DNA of 64,000 nt, from positions 512,001-576,000 of the forward strand of contig CBDUPA010000001.1 of the NCBI GenBank assembly GCA_965368975.1, given 5' to 3'. Shown here one piece after another: positions 18,948 to 28,652 of the stretch. Source of the stretch: an uncultured bacterium. Lineage in GTDB: Bacteria > Acidobacteriota > Thermoanaerobaculia > Multivoradales > JAHZIX01. A program made the position numbers and the translations under genes. The notes below the pieces were generated by a model. It was given only the letters and a program-made list of their open reading frames with translations. It made no database searches and was not told the DNA's origin. The number at the start of each line of letters is the position of its first letter. Positions within the stretch are counted from its first letter, which is position 1.

Positions 18948-19747
18948 GCGGCGAGCGGCTGCGCGTGGTGCTGGTGGACGACGAACCTCTGGCGCGCCGG
19001 GCGCTGCGCGAAGTCCTCGACGCGGATGACGATCTCGAGGTGGTGGCTGAGTGCGTCGACGGTGAAGATGCGCTACAGGCGATTCGTCAGCAGCGCCCGG
19101 ACCTGTTGCTGCTCGACATTCAGATGCCGGAGATGGACGGTTTCGAAGTGCTGCGCCGTCTGGATGCACGTTCCTCGGAGACCGGTTCTGCAAAGGCCGG
19201 GGCCTTGCCCTGCGTCGTCTTCGTCACCGCGTACGATGAACATGCCGTCCATGCCTTCGAGCAGGCGGCGATCGACTATGTGCTCAAACCGTTCCCGGCG
19301 GCGCGGCTGCGTCAGGCGCTCGAGCGCGCCAAGGAGCGTCTGCGCAGCGCCGAACTCTCCGAGCTGGCGCGCCGCGTGCTGGCACTGGCGGATGCGCGTG
19401 GAGCACGCGACCGGCCGATCTACCTCGAGCGGTTGGCGGTACCCAAGGGCACACGTACGCTGCTGCTGGAGGTCGAGCGGATCGACTGGCTGGAGGCTGC
19501 CGACTACCACGTGCGCCTGCATGTCGGTGACGACAGTCACTTGATCCGCAGGTCGCTCAAGTGGTTCGAGCAGCAACTCGATCCAGCCCGCTTCGTGCGC
19601 GTGCACCGGTCCGCGATGGTCCACCTGCAGCGGGTCAGCGAGCTGCGACGTCTGGGGCCGGACGACTACGTCGCCGTGCTGCCAGGCGAGCGTCAAGTAG
19701 CCCTCAGCCGGGCTGGCCGCGACGCCCTCGGTCAGCTCTTGGGGTGA
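18944..19747 (+). CDS. LytTR family response regulator
   Basis: VDDEPLAR, LDIQMP, FVTAYD, DYVLKP, FVRVHRS; GTGA overlap with the kinase. Confidence 0.9.
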   Translation: MSGERLRVVLVDDEPLARRALREVLDADDDLEVVAECVDGEDALQAIRQQRPDLLLLDIQMPEMDGFEVLRRLDARSSETGSAKAGALPCVVFVTAYDEHAVHAFEQAAIDYVLKPFPAARLRQALERAKERLRSAELSELARRVLALADARGARDRPIYLERLAVPKGTRTLLLEVERIDWLEAADYHVRLHVGDDSHLIRRSLKWFEQQLDPARFVRVHRSAMVHLQRVSELRRLGPDDYVAVLPGERQVALSRAGRDALGQLLG

Positions 19748-19935
19748 TACCAGTCCCGGGGCTTGCCTGCACGAATCGCAAGCTCGACTGCAGCTCACTC
19801 TGCAGACGCTGCAAGAGCCGGCGGTCGTTGCCAAGCCCGTGGTAGCATCCGCGGCGAATGGACTAACGACAGGAAATCTATGTCTACAAGAGCCATCGAT
19901 TGCCAACGAAACGAACGACCAGGAGGTTGGATCCC

Positions 19936-20988
19936 ATGAGGCCAAGACAAGCAAGGCGCGGCGTGCTGCGCGGAATCGGAGGGTTGGGTTTGGCTCTGCT
20001 GGGCGGCGTCCTCGGCCTGACCCTGGGCGCTTGCGACAGTGGCCCGCGTCCTATGGAAATTCGCTTCGATGCACGCTTCGGCGAAGAGCCCGCGCGCTGC
20101 GATACGCGCTACGACGGCGTTGGCGCCGCCGGCACGACGGTCGAGATCGGTGACGCCCGCCTCTACGTGTCCAACCTGCAACTCGTGCGCGCCGATGGCA
20201 CCACGGAGCCGCTGGTCCTCGACCAGGACACGCCGTGGCAGCATGAGTCGGCAGCCTTGCTCGACTTCGAAGACCGCACTGGCCGTTGCTCGGAGGTCGG
20301 CACCGCCGAGATGAACAGCGTGGTGCGCGGCAGCGCGCCGGGCGGCGAGTACACCGGCTTGAGTTTCGACATCGGCCTGCCGCACGAGTTCAACCACGGC
20401 GATGCTACGACCGCGCCGTCACCGCTCAACGTCAACGCCATGTACTGGAACTGGCAGATGGGCTACATCTTCGCCAAGTTCGACTTCTGGGTTCCCGAGC
20501 CGCCAGCCCCAGAGGCCCCCGCCGAGGGGGAGGCTGGGGCTGAAGCGGTCGCCTCCGCAGTAGCCGCGGAGAGTGGGGAAGAGGTTCTGGGCGGCGTCGG
20601 TGTCGAGCGAGGCGGCGCGCGGCCCAACATCGCCTACCTGGCGCACATCGGCAGCACCGGCTGTGTTTCAGCGGCGCCGATCCTGCCCCCGGGCGACCCT
20701 TGTGCGCACGGCAACCGTGTCCATGTCGAGTTGACCCCGTTCGACCCTGCCTCGCAGGTCGTCGTCCTGGACCTGGCTTCCTGGCTGCGAGACATCGACG
20801 TTTCGCGCTCGGTGCCGCGGCCACCGGGCTGCATGGCGGACACCAGCGATCCGGATTGTGCCGAGGTGTTCGGTGCCGTCGGTCTCGATCTGGCCACCGG
20901 CGAGTGCGTCGACGGCTGCAGCAGTCAGAAGCTGGTACGAGCCGGAGCGCCTGCCGCGGCTGCCAGCACGGAGGCTCCGGCATCATGA
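19936..20988 (+). CDS. mbnP: MbnP family copper-binding lipoprotein
   Basis: RLYVSN, LLDFED, NH.D...APSPL...MYWNW..GY.F (WxW), HIGSTGC, GCM...DPDC; lipobox LGA-C. Confidence 0.85.
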   Translation: MRPRQARRGVLRGIGGLGLALLGGVLGLTLGACDSGPRPMEIRFDARFGEEPARCDTRYDGVGAAGTTVEIGDARLYVSNLQLVRADGTTEPLVLDQDTPWQHESAALLDFEDRTGRCSEVGTAEMNSVVRGSAPGGEYTGLSFDIGLPHEFNHGDATTAPSPLNVNAMYWNWQMGYIFAKFDFWVPEPPAPEAPAEGEAGAEAVASAVAAESGEEVLGGVGVERGGARPNIAYLAHIGSTGCVSAAPILPPGDPCAHGNRVHVELTPFDPASQVVVLDLASWLRDIDVSRSVPRPPGCMADTSDPDCAEVFGAVGLDLATGECVDGCSSQKLVRAGAPAAAASTEAPAS

Positions 20989-22910
20989 CGCCGCGCGAGG
21001 GTCGACTCTGGGTCTCGGCGGCGATCGCGATGCTCGTCGCGGGTTGGATTCACCTCGCCATCGCGCCGGCTCACTTTGCGCACGCCCCTGCTCATGGGCT
21101 CTTCTTCGGCGTACTGGGAGCGCTGCAGATCCTCTGGCTCTTGCTCTTGGGCGTTGCCGAACCGCTGACCGGTCGCAGCCGCACCTGGCGCCAGCGGATG
21201 TTCGAACTGCTGCGCTTGTCGGGGCTTTGGCTCAGCGGCGGAGCGGTCATGTTGTGGTTGCTGACCCAGGTGCTGCGACCACCGTTCGCGCTGCAGCCGG
21301 AACCGATCGACAACCCGACGCTGCTCAGCAAGTTGGCGGAATTGGCCGTGGCGGCCATCCTGGTACGGTTGTCCCCGGCCACCGGTGCCGCGCTGCGGGC
21401 CGCGGGCGGTCGTTCCAGCCGTCAAGTACGTCTCAGTCTGCGACGCTCGACCCTGGCGGGAGCCGCCTGGGCGGTAGTGGCCGGCCTGGCGATGTGGGGT
21501 GGCGGTCTGTTCGCCGAGGATCAGCTGCCGCGCCTCAAGCCCGCCGCCATGACCGCGGGCACGGGTGTCGTCGACGACGGCCACGACCACGAGCACGACG
21601 ACGACACGCCACCGCCGAGCTTCGGGGAGTACGTTTCCGCGGCTAGCCGCCTGGTCGGTTCGCTGCTCGGACCGCCGCCCGTCTATGACTGGCAGCTGCC
21701 ATCGCACTTCCCACCGCCGCTGGTGCCGGCTGACAACCCGGTCACCGCGGAGAAGGTGCAGCTCGGCCGCTTCCTGTTCTACGACCGCAAGCTCGCTGGC
21801 AACGGCCAGCAAGCCTGTGCTTCCTGCCACCTGCAGAAGTTCGCCTTCAGCGACGCCAAGGCGACCTCGGTCGGCTCCACGGGAGAGGAGCTGCCGCGCA
21901 ACTCCATGGCCCTGGTCAACGTGGTCTACAACCCGTCGCAGACCTGGGGACACCCGAACCTCGAGCAGCTGGAAGACCAGCTCCTGATTCCCATGTTCGG
22001 CACCCACCCGGTCGAACTCGGCATGGCGGGCAACGAGGACGCCATCCTCGAGCGCTTGCGTGGCCAGCCGGCCTACCAGGAACTCTTCCCGCTCGCCTTC
22101 CCAGCTGACGCCGATCCGATCAACATGGCCAATATCGTCCGGGCCCTGGCCAGCTTCACGCGCACCCTGATTTCCAGCGACTCGGCCTATGACCGCTTCG
22201 TCCAGGGAGACACCGAGGCCTTGTCCGCGTCGGCGCGCCGCGGCATGGGGCTGTTCCTGTCCGAGGACTTCGAGTGTCACCACTGCCACGGTGGTTTCAA
22301 CTTCACCGTCGCCGCGGTGCACGCCAACACCGCATTCGTCGAGAAGGTGTTCCACAACACCGGCCTCTACAACCTCGGCGACGGCGCCTACCCACACGGC
22401 AACCAGGGGGTCTTCGAGATCACCCAGAAGCCCGAGGACAGGGGCAAGTTCCGGCCGCCGAGCCTGCGCAATATCGCGCTCACCGCACCCTACATGCACG
22501 ACGGCTCGATCGCGACGCTGGAGGAAGTGATCGAGACCTATGCCGCCGGCGGACGGGTCATCGAGGACGGTCCCTACGCGGGGGACGGGCGCAAGAATCC
22601 GCACAAGAGCGGATTTGTCCCCGGCTTCCCGATGACCGAGCAGGAGCGGGACGACCTGGTCGCCTTCCTGCACGCGCTCACCGACGACAGCTTCGTCACC
22701 GATCCGCGCTACTCGGACCCGTTCGTGCAGCCGCTGCCGTCGTCGGCCACAACGACTCAGCAGACGCGACTGAGTGAACCGGTCGATCTGCCCAGCATAG
22801 AGGCCCATGACGGCCATGACGCTCACGCTGCCACGGATCTCTCCCTGCTGGCGGACGCCTCCGGTGTCGTTTGCCGGCACGGTGAGTGTGTCGAGGTGCC
22901 GCGGCTCTAG
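20985..22910 (+). CDS. mbnH: MbnH family di-heme cytochrome c enzyme with an N-terminal membrane-domain fusion
   Basis: PADNP.T.EKV.LGR.LFYD, CASCH, CHHCH, FRPPSLRNIALTAPYMHDGS; about 200-aa hydrophobic N-terminus; ATGA overlap with mbnP. Confidence 0.85.
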   Translation: MTPREGRLWVSAAIAMLVAGWIHLAIAPAHFAHAPAHGLFFGVLGALQILWLLLLGVAEPLTGRSRTWRQRMFELLRLSGLWLSGGAVMLWLLTQVLRPPFALQPEPIDNPTLLSKLAELAVAAILVRLSPATGAALRAAGGRSSRQVRLSLRRSTLAGAAWAVVAGLAMWGGGLFAEDQLPRLKPAAMTAGTGVVDDGHDHEHDDDTPPPSFGEYVSAASRLVGSLLGPPPVYDWQLPSHFPPPLVPADNPVTAEKVQLGRFLFYDRKLAGNGQQACASCHLQKFAFSDAKATSVGSTGEELPRNSMALVNVVYNPSQTWGHPNLEQLEDQLLIPMFGTHPVELGMAGNEDAILERLRGQPAYQELFPLAFPADADPINMANIVRALASFTRTLISSDSAYDRFVQGDTEALSASARRGMGLFLSEDFECHHCHGGFNFTVAAVHANTAFVEKVFHNTGLYNLGDGAYPHGNQGVFEITQKPEDRGKFRPPSLRNIALTAPYMHDGSIATLEEVIETYAAGGRVIEDGPYAGDGRKNPHKSGFVPGFPMTEQERDDLVAFLHALTDDSFVTDPRYSDPFVQPLPSSATTTQQTRLSEPVDLPSIEAHDGHDAHAATDLSLLADASGVVCRHGECVEVPRL

Positions 22911-22991
22911 CGAGCTGCCGGCCCCTCTCCGAAGCGAGCGGTTCCCAGGCGACAGGCTCCCTGCAGGAAAGGCCTTATAGGAACGGCCCCC

Positions 22992-24293
22992 CTATAGGAA
23001 AGGACTGCCCGGCGGGGCCTCGAGTGTCGCCCGGGTGATCGCCGCGCGCGTCGTGGTGCCGGCGAAGCGCATCGCGCGCACCAGCTCGCCCTGCAGCAGT
23101 GCCAGCACCTGCTCGACGCCCGCCTGGCCGAAGGCGCCAAGGCCCCAGATCTGCGGGCGACCGAGACACACCGCGTCGGCGCCGAGCGCCAGGGCCTTGA
23201 AAACGTCTGTACCGCGCCGGAAGCCGCTGTCGATCAGTACCGGACCGGCACCGTCCATGGCATCGATCACCTCGGGCAGGGCTTCCAGCGCGCTGCGTCC
23301 GCCCGGTCCCTGGCGGCCGCCGTGGGTCGAGACGATGACGCCATCACAGCCGTGCTCACGCGCCAGGCGCGTGTCCTCGGCGGTCAAGATGCCCTTGATC
23401 AGCACCTTCATCGACGTCCGGGCGCGCAGCCAGTCGACGAACTCCCAGCTCAAGCCCGGGTTGGTCGGTGCCAGCGGCTCGTCTTCTTCGGCGATGTTGC
23501 CGAAGCGCAGCCGGCCGCTCAGCACCATGCGCACCACGCCACGCAGTCCCGGTTCGCGGTTGCCACCCACCGGCGTGTCGACGGTCAAGGCGACCGCCGG
23601 ACAACCTTGGGCCTCGACGCGCCGCAGCAGGTCGGCGAGCAGCGAACGGTCCCAGCGGGCATAGAGCTGAAACCAGGGCACGGCGCCTCCCTCGAAGGCC
23701 GTTGTGGCGGTGGTGATGTCCTCGAAGGACGCGCTGGTCAGCGTCGCGGCGATCATGCGGTGGCCTTGCGCACCAGCTGCGCGCGCGGTCGGTAGCTCGC
23801 CCTCGGGGTGGAAGGCGTTCTGGATGCCGATCGGTGCCAGGAAGATCGGCGACGCGTAGCGCTCGCCGAAGATCTCCACCGAGGTGTCGATGTCGCGCAC
23901 GTCGATCAGCCGGCGGATGCGCAGCTGTAGCGCGCGAAAGATCTCCTCGTTGCGACGCAGCGTGACGCCGTCGTCGACGCCGGTCGACAGCCAGCGCCAG
24001 GAGTCGGGATGGATCTTGTCGACCGCCAGGTCGCGCAGTTGGAAGACGTTGAGGGCCTCCTCGGCGCTGCGCGGCACCGGCTCGCCGTAGAACGGAGCAT
24101 CTGCGAAAGGGTCGGCCGTTTGGGGCAGCGCGCGTGCGCTCCCCGTGCCGAGCACGGAGCCAGCCAGCAGCGGCGAGGCCAGCAACGGTGAAGCGGCCAG
24201 AAAGCGCAGAAAGGCGCGCCGCTGCACGTCGATCGTCGCTGCGCCGATCGCTGCTTCGCCCTGGGTGTTCCTGTCTCGCAGATCCTTCGCCAT
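22992..24293 (-). CDS. FMN-dependent alpha-hydroxy acid oxidase/dehydrogenase with a Tat-like signal
   Basis: WFQLY, LTVD, KGI, HGGRQ, DSGFRRGTD.FKALALGA; RRAFL at the N-terminus. Confidence 0.9.
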   Translation of the reverse strand: MAKDLRDRNTQGEAAIGAATIDVQRRAFLRFLAASPLLASPLLAGSVLGTGSARALPQTADPFADAPFYGEPVPRSAEEALNVFQLRDLAVDKIHPDSWRWLSTGVDDGVTLRRNEEIFRALQLRIRRLIDVRDIDTSVEIFGERYASPIFLAPIGIQNAFHPEGELPTARAAGAQGHRMIAATLTSASFEDITTATTAFEGGAVPWFQLYARWDRSLLADLLRRVEAQGCPAVALTVDTPVGGNREPGLRGVVRMVLSGRLRFGNIAEEDEPLAPTNPGLSWEFVDWLRARTSMKVLIKGILTAEDTRLAREHGCDGVIVSTHGGRQGPGGRSALEALPEVIDAMDGAGPVLIDSGFRRGTDVFKALALGADAVCLGRPQIWGLGAFGQAGVEQVLALLQGELVRAMRFAGTTTRAAITRATLEAPPGSPFL

Positions 24294-24341
24294 GACTGTC
24301 CTCTATTAGATCAAAATTCGGAATATAGGCCTTGCGGCTGT

Positions 24342-25730
24342 TCAGCCTTCGGTCTCGTCCGGAGCTTCTGATGCCGGCTCCGGCGAGGACTCGGGAGCAC
24401 CGACGGCGATCAAGGCCACCGAGGTACGCAGGAAGATCTGCCCTCCGGCGATGGCGGGTGAGCTGAGCGTGTAGCCGGCCAGGGCCGGACTCTCGAACTC
24501 ATTGGTCGCCAAGACTTCGAACTCCGGTCCCGCCTTCAGGACGGTCGTCACGCCCGTCTCGTTGATCACGTAGACGCGCCCGTCGGCGAGCACCGGGGAG
24601 GCGCTGTAGGAGCCCGTCGGCAGTCGCTGGGGCCCGTAGAGTGCTTCGCCGGTAGCGGCGTCGAGGCAGTAGGCGAACCCCTGGTCCGTGATCATGTAGA
24701 CGTACTTGCCGTCGGTGACCGGGGTCGGCACGTCGGTTCCCTTTTCCAGCTGCCAGGCGAGCTTCGGCGTGGATTGAGAACCCGCGTCGAAGGCGACCAC
24801 CGGTCCCCGCTTGCCGAAGGCGTAGATGCGCTGCCCGTGGATCAGCGGCGAGGCGACCACGCGCCCGGCCGGGTTGTTGCTCGGGTTGATGCCTGGCACG
24901 CGCCACAGCTCTTTGCCGCTGTCCAGGTCGTGGCCGGTGATCACGTCACCACCGCTGATCACCAACTCGACGCTGCCCCGTCCGTCCCCGTCGCGCTCGA
25001 GCAGCATGGGGGTGGTGTAGGCGTCCGGGGACTCTTGCAGCGCGTCGGTCGGTCGTTCGATGCGCCAGCGCGTTGCACCGCTCGCCTTGTCGAGGCGCAG
25101 TAGGTACGAGGGCTCGTCCGTGTTCGAGCCGTGCAGCACCTGCAGGTAGAGCGAGTCGCCGTGTAGCAGCGGCGACGAGGCGTAGCCGAACATCAGGCCG
25201 AAGGCACCGTAGTCGGCCTGCAGGTCGCGGCTCCAGACTTCCTTGCCGCCGAAGTCAAAGGCCTTGAGTACGCCGGTACCGGTGATCACCCATACGTGTT
25301 CGCCGTCGGTCACCGGAGACGGCGAGGACATGTTGTGCTTGTAGCGTACCTCGTTGCCCTCGCCCAGCTGGCGCTGCCAGAGGATCTCGCCGCTCTGCCG
25401 GTCGACCGCCCACAAGGCCAGGCTCTTGTCCTGCTCCGGATCGTGCCCGACCTGCAGGAAGATGTGGTCGCCCCAGATGATCGGTGTCGCACCGCTGAGC
25501 GCCGGTAGCGGCAGCGACCAGGCGATGTTGCTCTCCGCATCCCAGGTCAGGGGCAGGTCCGTGGCGCTGCTGGTGCCGTCGAAGTGGGGTCCGCGCCAGT
25601 GCGGCCAGCTGTCGGTATCGGCCCGTGCGGCGGCGGGCAGGAGGGTGGCGAGCAGCAAGCTGCCGACGATCCAGGCGCTGAAGAGCCGGCGGTGCACGGA
25701 GATTGAGGAGGGCAGCGGTCGACGTGGCAT
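24342..25730 (-). CDS. PQQ-like beta-propeller repeat protein (BamB-like), secreted
   Basis: WPHWRGP, SPVTDG, SSP repeats. Confidence 0.85.
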   Translation of the reverse strand: MPRRPLPSSISVHRRLFSAWIVGSLLLATLLPAAARADTDSWPHWRGPHFDGTSSATDLPLTWDAESNIAWSLPLPALSGATPIIWGDHIFLQVGHDPEQDKSLALWAVDRQSGEILWQRQLGEGNEVRYKHNMSSPSPVTDGEHVWVITGTGVLKAFDFGGKEVWSRDLQADYGAFGLMFGYASSPLLHGDSLYLQVLHGSNTDEPSYLLRLDKASGATRWRIERPTDALQESPDAYTTPMLLERDGDGRGSVELVISGGDVITGHDLDSGKELWRVPGINPSNNPAGRVVASPLIHGQRIYAFGKRGPVVAFDAGSQSTPKLAWQLEKGTDVPTPVTDGKYVYMITDQGFAYCLDAATGEALYGPQRLPTGSYSASPVLADGRVYVINETGVTTVLKAGPEFEVLATNEFESPALAGYTLSSPAIAGGQIFLRTSVALIAVGAPESSPEPASEAPDETEG

Positions 25731-25835
25731 GGCGGTTCTCCTTCGTAGAGTCGAGATCTTCGTAATCCAGCACTGACAAGAGCGAGGCATCGAGGGCAGG
25801 GCGATTGTATCCGAGGAATCTGGAACAATGCGGGC

Positions 25836-26975
25836 ATGCGCGTGCTAGCTCTCGAGCCCTATGATGGTGGTAGCCACAAGGCCTTTCTGGACGGCTGGAT
25901 CGGTGCTGGCGAGACGGCCAGCCGTCACCAGTGGACGCGGCTGGGGCTGCCGCCGTCAAAGTGGAAGTGGCGCATGCGCCACGCGGCGTTGACCTTCGCC
26001 GAGAAGGTTGAAGCACTCGCCAGCGAGGGAGGTGGCTGGGACGTTCTCTTTGTCACCAGCATGCTCGACCTGGCCCAGTTCCGTGGCCTGGCGCCGCCGG
26101 CCGTCGCGCGCTTGCCGGCGGTTCTCTACTTCCACGAGAACCAGCTCACCTACCCGGTGCGCGAAGAACGCGAGCGCGACCTGCACTTCGCCTTCACTCA
26201 CCTGACCAGCGCCGCGGCAGCCGACCAGGTGTGGTTCAACTCCGCCTTCCACCGTGACGAGTTCCTCACCGCCCTCGAGAACCTCGTCCGCCGTCTGCCC
26301 GACTTCCAGCCCCGCGCCGTGGTCGAGGCCTTGCGGGGCAAGAGCCGTGTCGAACCGCCCGGTATCGACCCTCTGCCACGGAGATCATCACGCGGGCAGA
26401 CAGCGCGGCGCCCCGGTCCGCTGCGCCTGCTGTGGGCTGCCCGTTGGGAGCATGACAAGGATCCGGAGACTTTCTTCGCCGCGCTCGACGAGCTGGCCGT
26501 CCGCCTGGCGACGCACGGTGTCGACTTCCGCCTGAGTGTCCTCGGGGAGCACTTCCGCGACGTTCCGCCCGTCTTCGAACAGGCACGGCGGCGTCACGCG
26601 GAGCGCATCGATCATTGGGGCTTCCAGCCGCGGAGCGTGTACCGGCAGGTGCTCGCCGAGGCCGACATCCTGGTGTCGACGGCGCAGCACGAGTTCTTCG
26701 GCATCTCGGTCGTCGAGGCCGTCGCGGCGGGGGTGCTGCCGCTGGTGCCACGGCGGTTGGCTTATCCGGACGTGCTGAAGGGCTTGGAAGCGGCAGGGGA
26801 GGCGTGCTTCTACGAGACCCTGGAAGACCTCGTAGACCGGCTGACGCAGCTGGCGCGGAGCGCGGAGCGCGGGGACGAGATGCCGCTCAGTGCCGAGCAG
26901 CTACGGGCGTCGGTGGCGCGGTACTTCTGGCCTCGGCGCCGCGCAGAACTGGATGCGGCGATCGCCAGAGACTGA
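25836..26975 (+). CDS. DUF3524 GT4-like glycosyltransferase (GTDC1/QTMAN-like)
   Basis: LEPY.GGSH, WKWRMR, YFHENQLTYP, FNS.F, RWEHDK.P, HEFFG....EA. Confidence 0.85.
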   Translation: MRVLALEPYDGGSHKAFLDGWIGAGETASRHQWTRLGLPPSKWKWRMRHAALTFAEKVEALASEGGGWDVLFVTSMLDLAQFRGLAPPAVARLPAVLYFHENQLTYPVREERERDLHFAFTHLTSAAAADQVWFNSAFHRDEFLTALENLVRRLPDFQPRAVVEALRGKSRVEPPGIDPLPRRSSRGQTARRPGPLRLLWAARWEHDKDPETFFAALDELAVRLATHGVDFRLSVLGEHFRDVPPVFEQARRRHAERIDHWGFQPRSVYRQVLAEADILVSTAQHEFFGISVVEAVAAGVLPLVPRRLAYPDVLKGLEAAGEACFYETLEDLVDRLTQLARSAERGDEMPLSAEQLRASVARYFWPRRRAELDAAIARD

Positions 26976-26987
26976 GCTTCACCGCAG

Positions 26988-28523
26988 CTATTCCATGGGC
27001 AGGCGCGTACCCGTGGCGGCGAGAGGCGGCGCGGGGACAGCCTCCTGACCGTTGGTGGCACGGTCGAGGACATCGACCGTCTGCTGGAATAGCGAGTCGG
27101 CCTCGGTGCGTGAGTTGCCGATGGCGGTCACGCCGACCTTGCCGTGCTCGGAAAGGGCACCGACCATGTGGAAGAGCACGCCGGTCTTGCGCTCGGAGGA
27201 GAAGCCGAGGCCGTTGGTGTCGAGGATATCCATCAAGTCCTCGGGCAGCAGGCCGTGATAGGCAGGCGAGTGGAGGCTGTCGGTGGCGCGGTAGAACTTC
27301 TTGATGCCGGAGGGAGTGAGGAAGTCACCGTTTTCGGGGTCGAGCGAGCCACCGGTGAGAAATTGCAGTGCCAGAAACGGGATCGTCGTGCCGCCCATGC
27401 GCAGGTTGATCTCGATCGCCCAGGCATGCCAGGCGTCGCCGTCGTGGGTGACGATGAAGTCGACGGCGAAGCGACTGACGACGCCGCGCGCCTTCAGCTC
27501 TTTGCCGATGGCCAGGGCGTGGCGCAGGATGACGTTGCGATAGGCAGCGTCGGCAGGGAAGCGGCAGCCGCTGTACGACTGCCCGGTCGAGCCGCCGAGG
27601 ATCTGGTCGTGGGTCGAGACCACCTCGAGCTCGCCGGTCGGTGTCAGGCGCATCTGGACGCTGGGAGAGAGCAGCTCGTTGCCGGTGACCATCTCTTCGA
27701 CGATGCCGCCCATCGTCGCGAGCTTGGCCAGGAACGCCTCGACGGTCGAAGTACCGAGGATCTCGAGACCGTCGAGACCTCGGCGCAGGGCTTGCCGGCG
27801 CTTCCCGGCGTCGTCCGGCCGCGGTCGTGGATAGTTGAAGAGGGCATTGCCGGCGCCAGCGAAGCCCTGATCGAGCTTGACGACGGCACGCGCCAGCTCT
27901 GGGCGCCAGATGGCGTCGAGGGCATCGACCACCTGCTCGACGGTGCGCAGGCGCTCGCGGCCTGCCGGCAGTGGGACGCCGGCGGCGCGGAAGATCTCGC
28001 GGCTGCCCGACTTGCCGCCGAGGTCGAGCAGGTCGGGGTCGCAGCCGTTGAGCGAAATGCCCAACTCCGTGGCGAGCCGCTGTTCCAGGTCCGTCGAGTT
28101 GAAGCAGGTGAGGTAGGTGTGAGACGGATCCCCCATCGCTCGCCGGATGCGCTCGATCAGGCGCGGCCGTTCGAGGATCTTCTCGGTCAGCGGTCGGATG
28201 GAGCCGTCGTAGCAGCAGAAGAGCTGCAAGCGCCCGCGTGCGCTGCGCGGTGAGACACCGACCAGGAGTCCCAAGTAGTAGTCGACGATCTCGGGGTGCA
28301 GAGCCTGGCTGGTGACGTAGATGACGCGTGCCCGCGGGTCGCGCAGGCGCATCAACGTGAACAGCAGGCGCTCCTCGTAGCGCGGTGCGCCGGAGATCTT
28401 CATCAACTCTTCCGCGTCGAAGCTCAATGACGGTACGACGATCGAGGTGTGCTCGATCGGGTCACCAGCTTCGATCGCCTGCCACAGCTTGGCCAGCCGT
28501 TCATTGCCCATGTGTGCTTTCAC
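26988..28523 (-). CDS. PGM1-related ATP-grasp peptide ligase-like protein
   Basis: VVPSLS, YEERLLF, SPSVQ, STHDQ.LGG..GQ.Y.GC.FPA, EINLR.GGTT. Confidence 0.8.
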   Translation of the reverse strand: MKAHMGNERLAKLWQAIEAGDPIEHTSIVVPSLSFDAEELMKISGAPRYEERLLFTLMRLRDPRARVIYVTSQALHPEIVDYYLGLLVGVSPRSARGRLQLFCCYDGSIRPLTEKILERPRLIERIRRAMGDPSHTYLTCFNSTDLEQRLATELGISLNGCDPDLLDLGGKSGSREIFRAAGVPLPAGRERLRTVEQVVDALDAIWRPELARAVVKLDQGFAGAGNALFNYPRPRPDDAGKRRQALRRGLDGLEILGTSTVEAFLAKLATMGGIVEEMVTGNELLSPSVQMRLTPTGELEVVSTHDQILGGSTGQSYSGCRFPADAAYRNVILRHALAIGKELKARGVVSRFAVDFIVTHDGDAWHAWAIEINLRMGGTTIPFLALQFLTGGSLDPENGDFLTPSGIKKFYRATDSLHSPAYHGLLPEDLMDILDTNGLGFSSERKTGVLFHMVGALSEHGKVGVTAIGNSRTEADSLFQQTVDVLDRATNGQEAVPAPPLAATGTRLPME

Positions 28524-28652
28524 TCCTCGGCGCAGATCGGGATCAGAAAGAATCGGTGGGGTTCATACCGCGCTGAGTTTACTGGCTGGCTGTCACCGTA
28601 GCTACCACTGAGCGTGACTATTTCGCTGCTATTTCCGGTAATGCATCTCTTC

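Noticed and set aside
19936-22910. Methanobactin biosynthetic cluster
   Set aside because: No mbnA/B/C or TonB-dependent transporter; MbnPH pairs commonly occur without them
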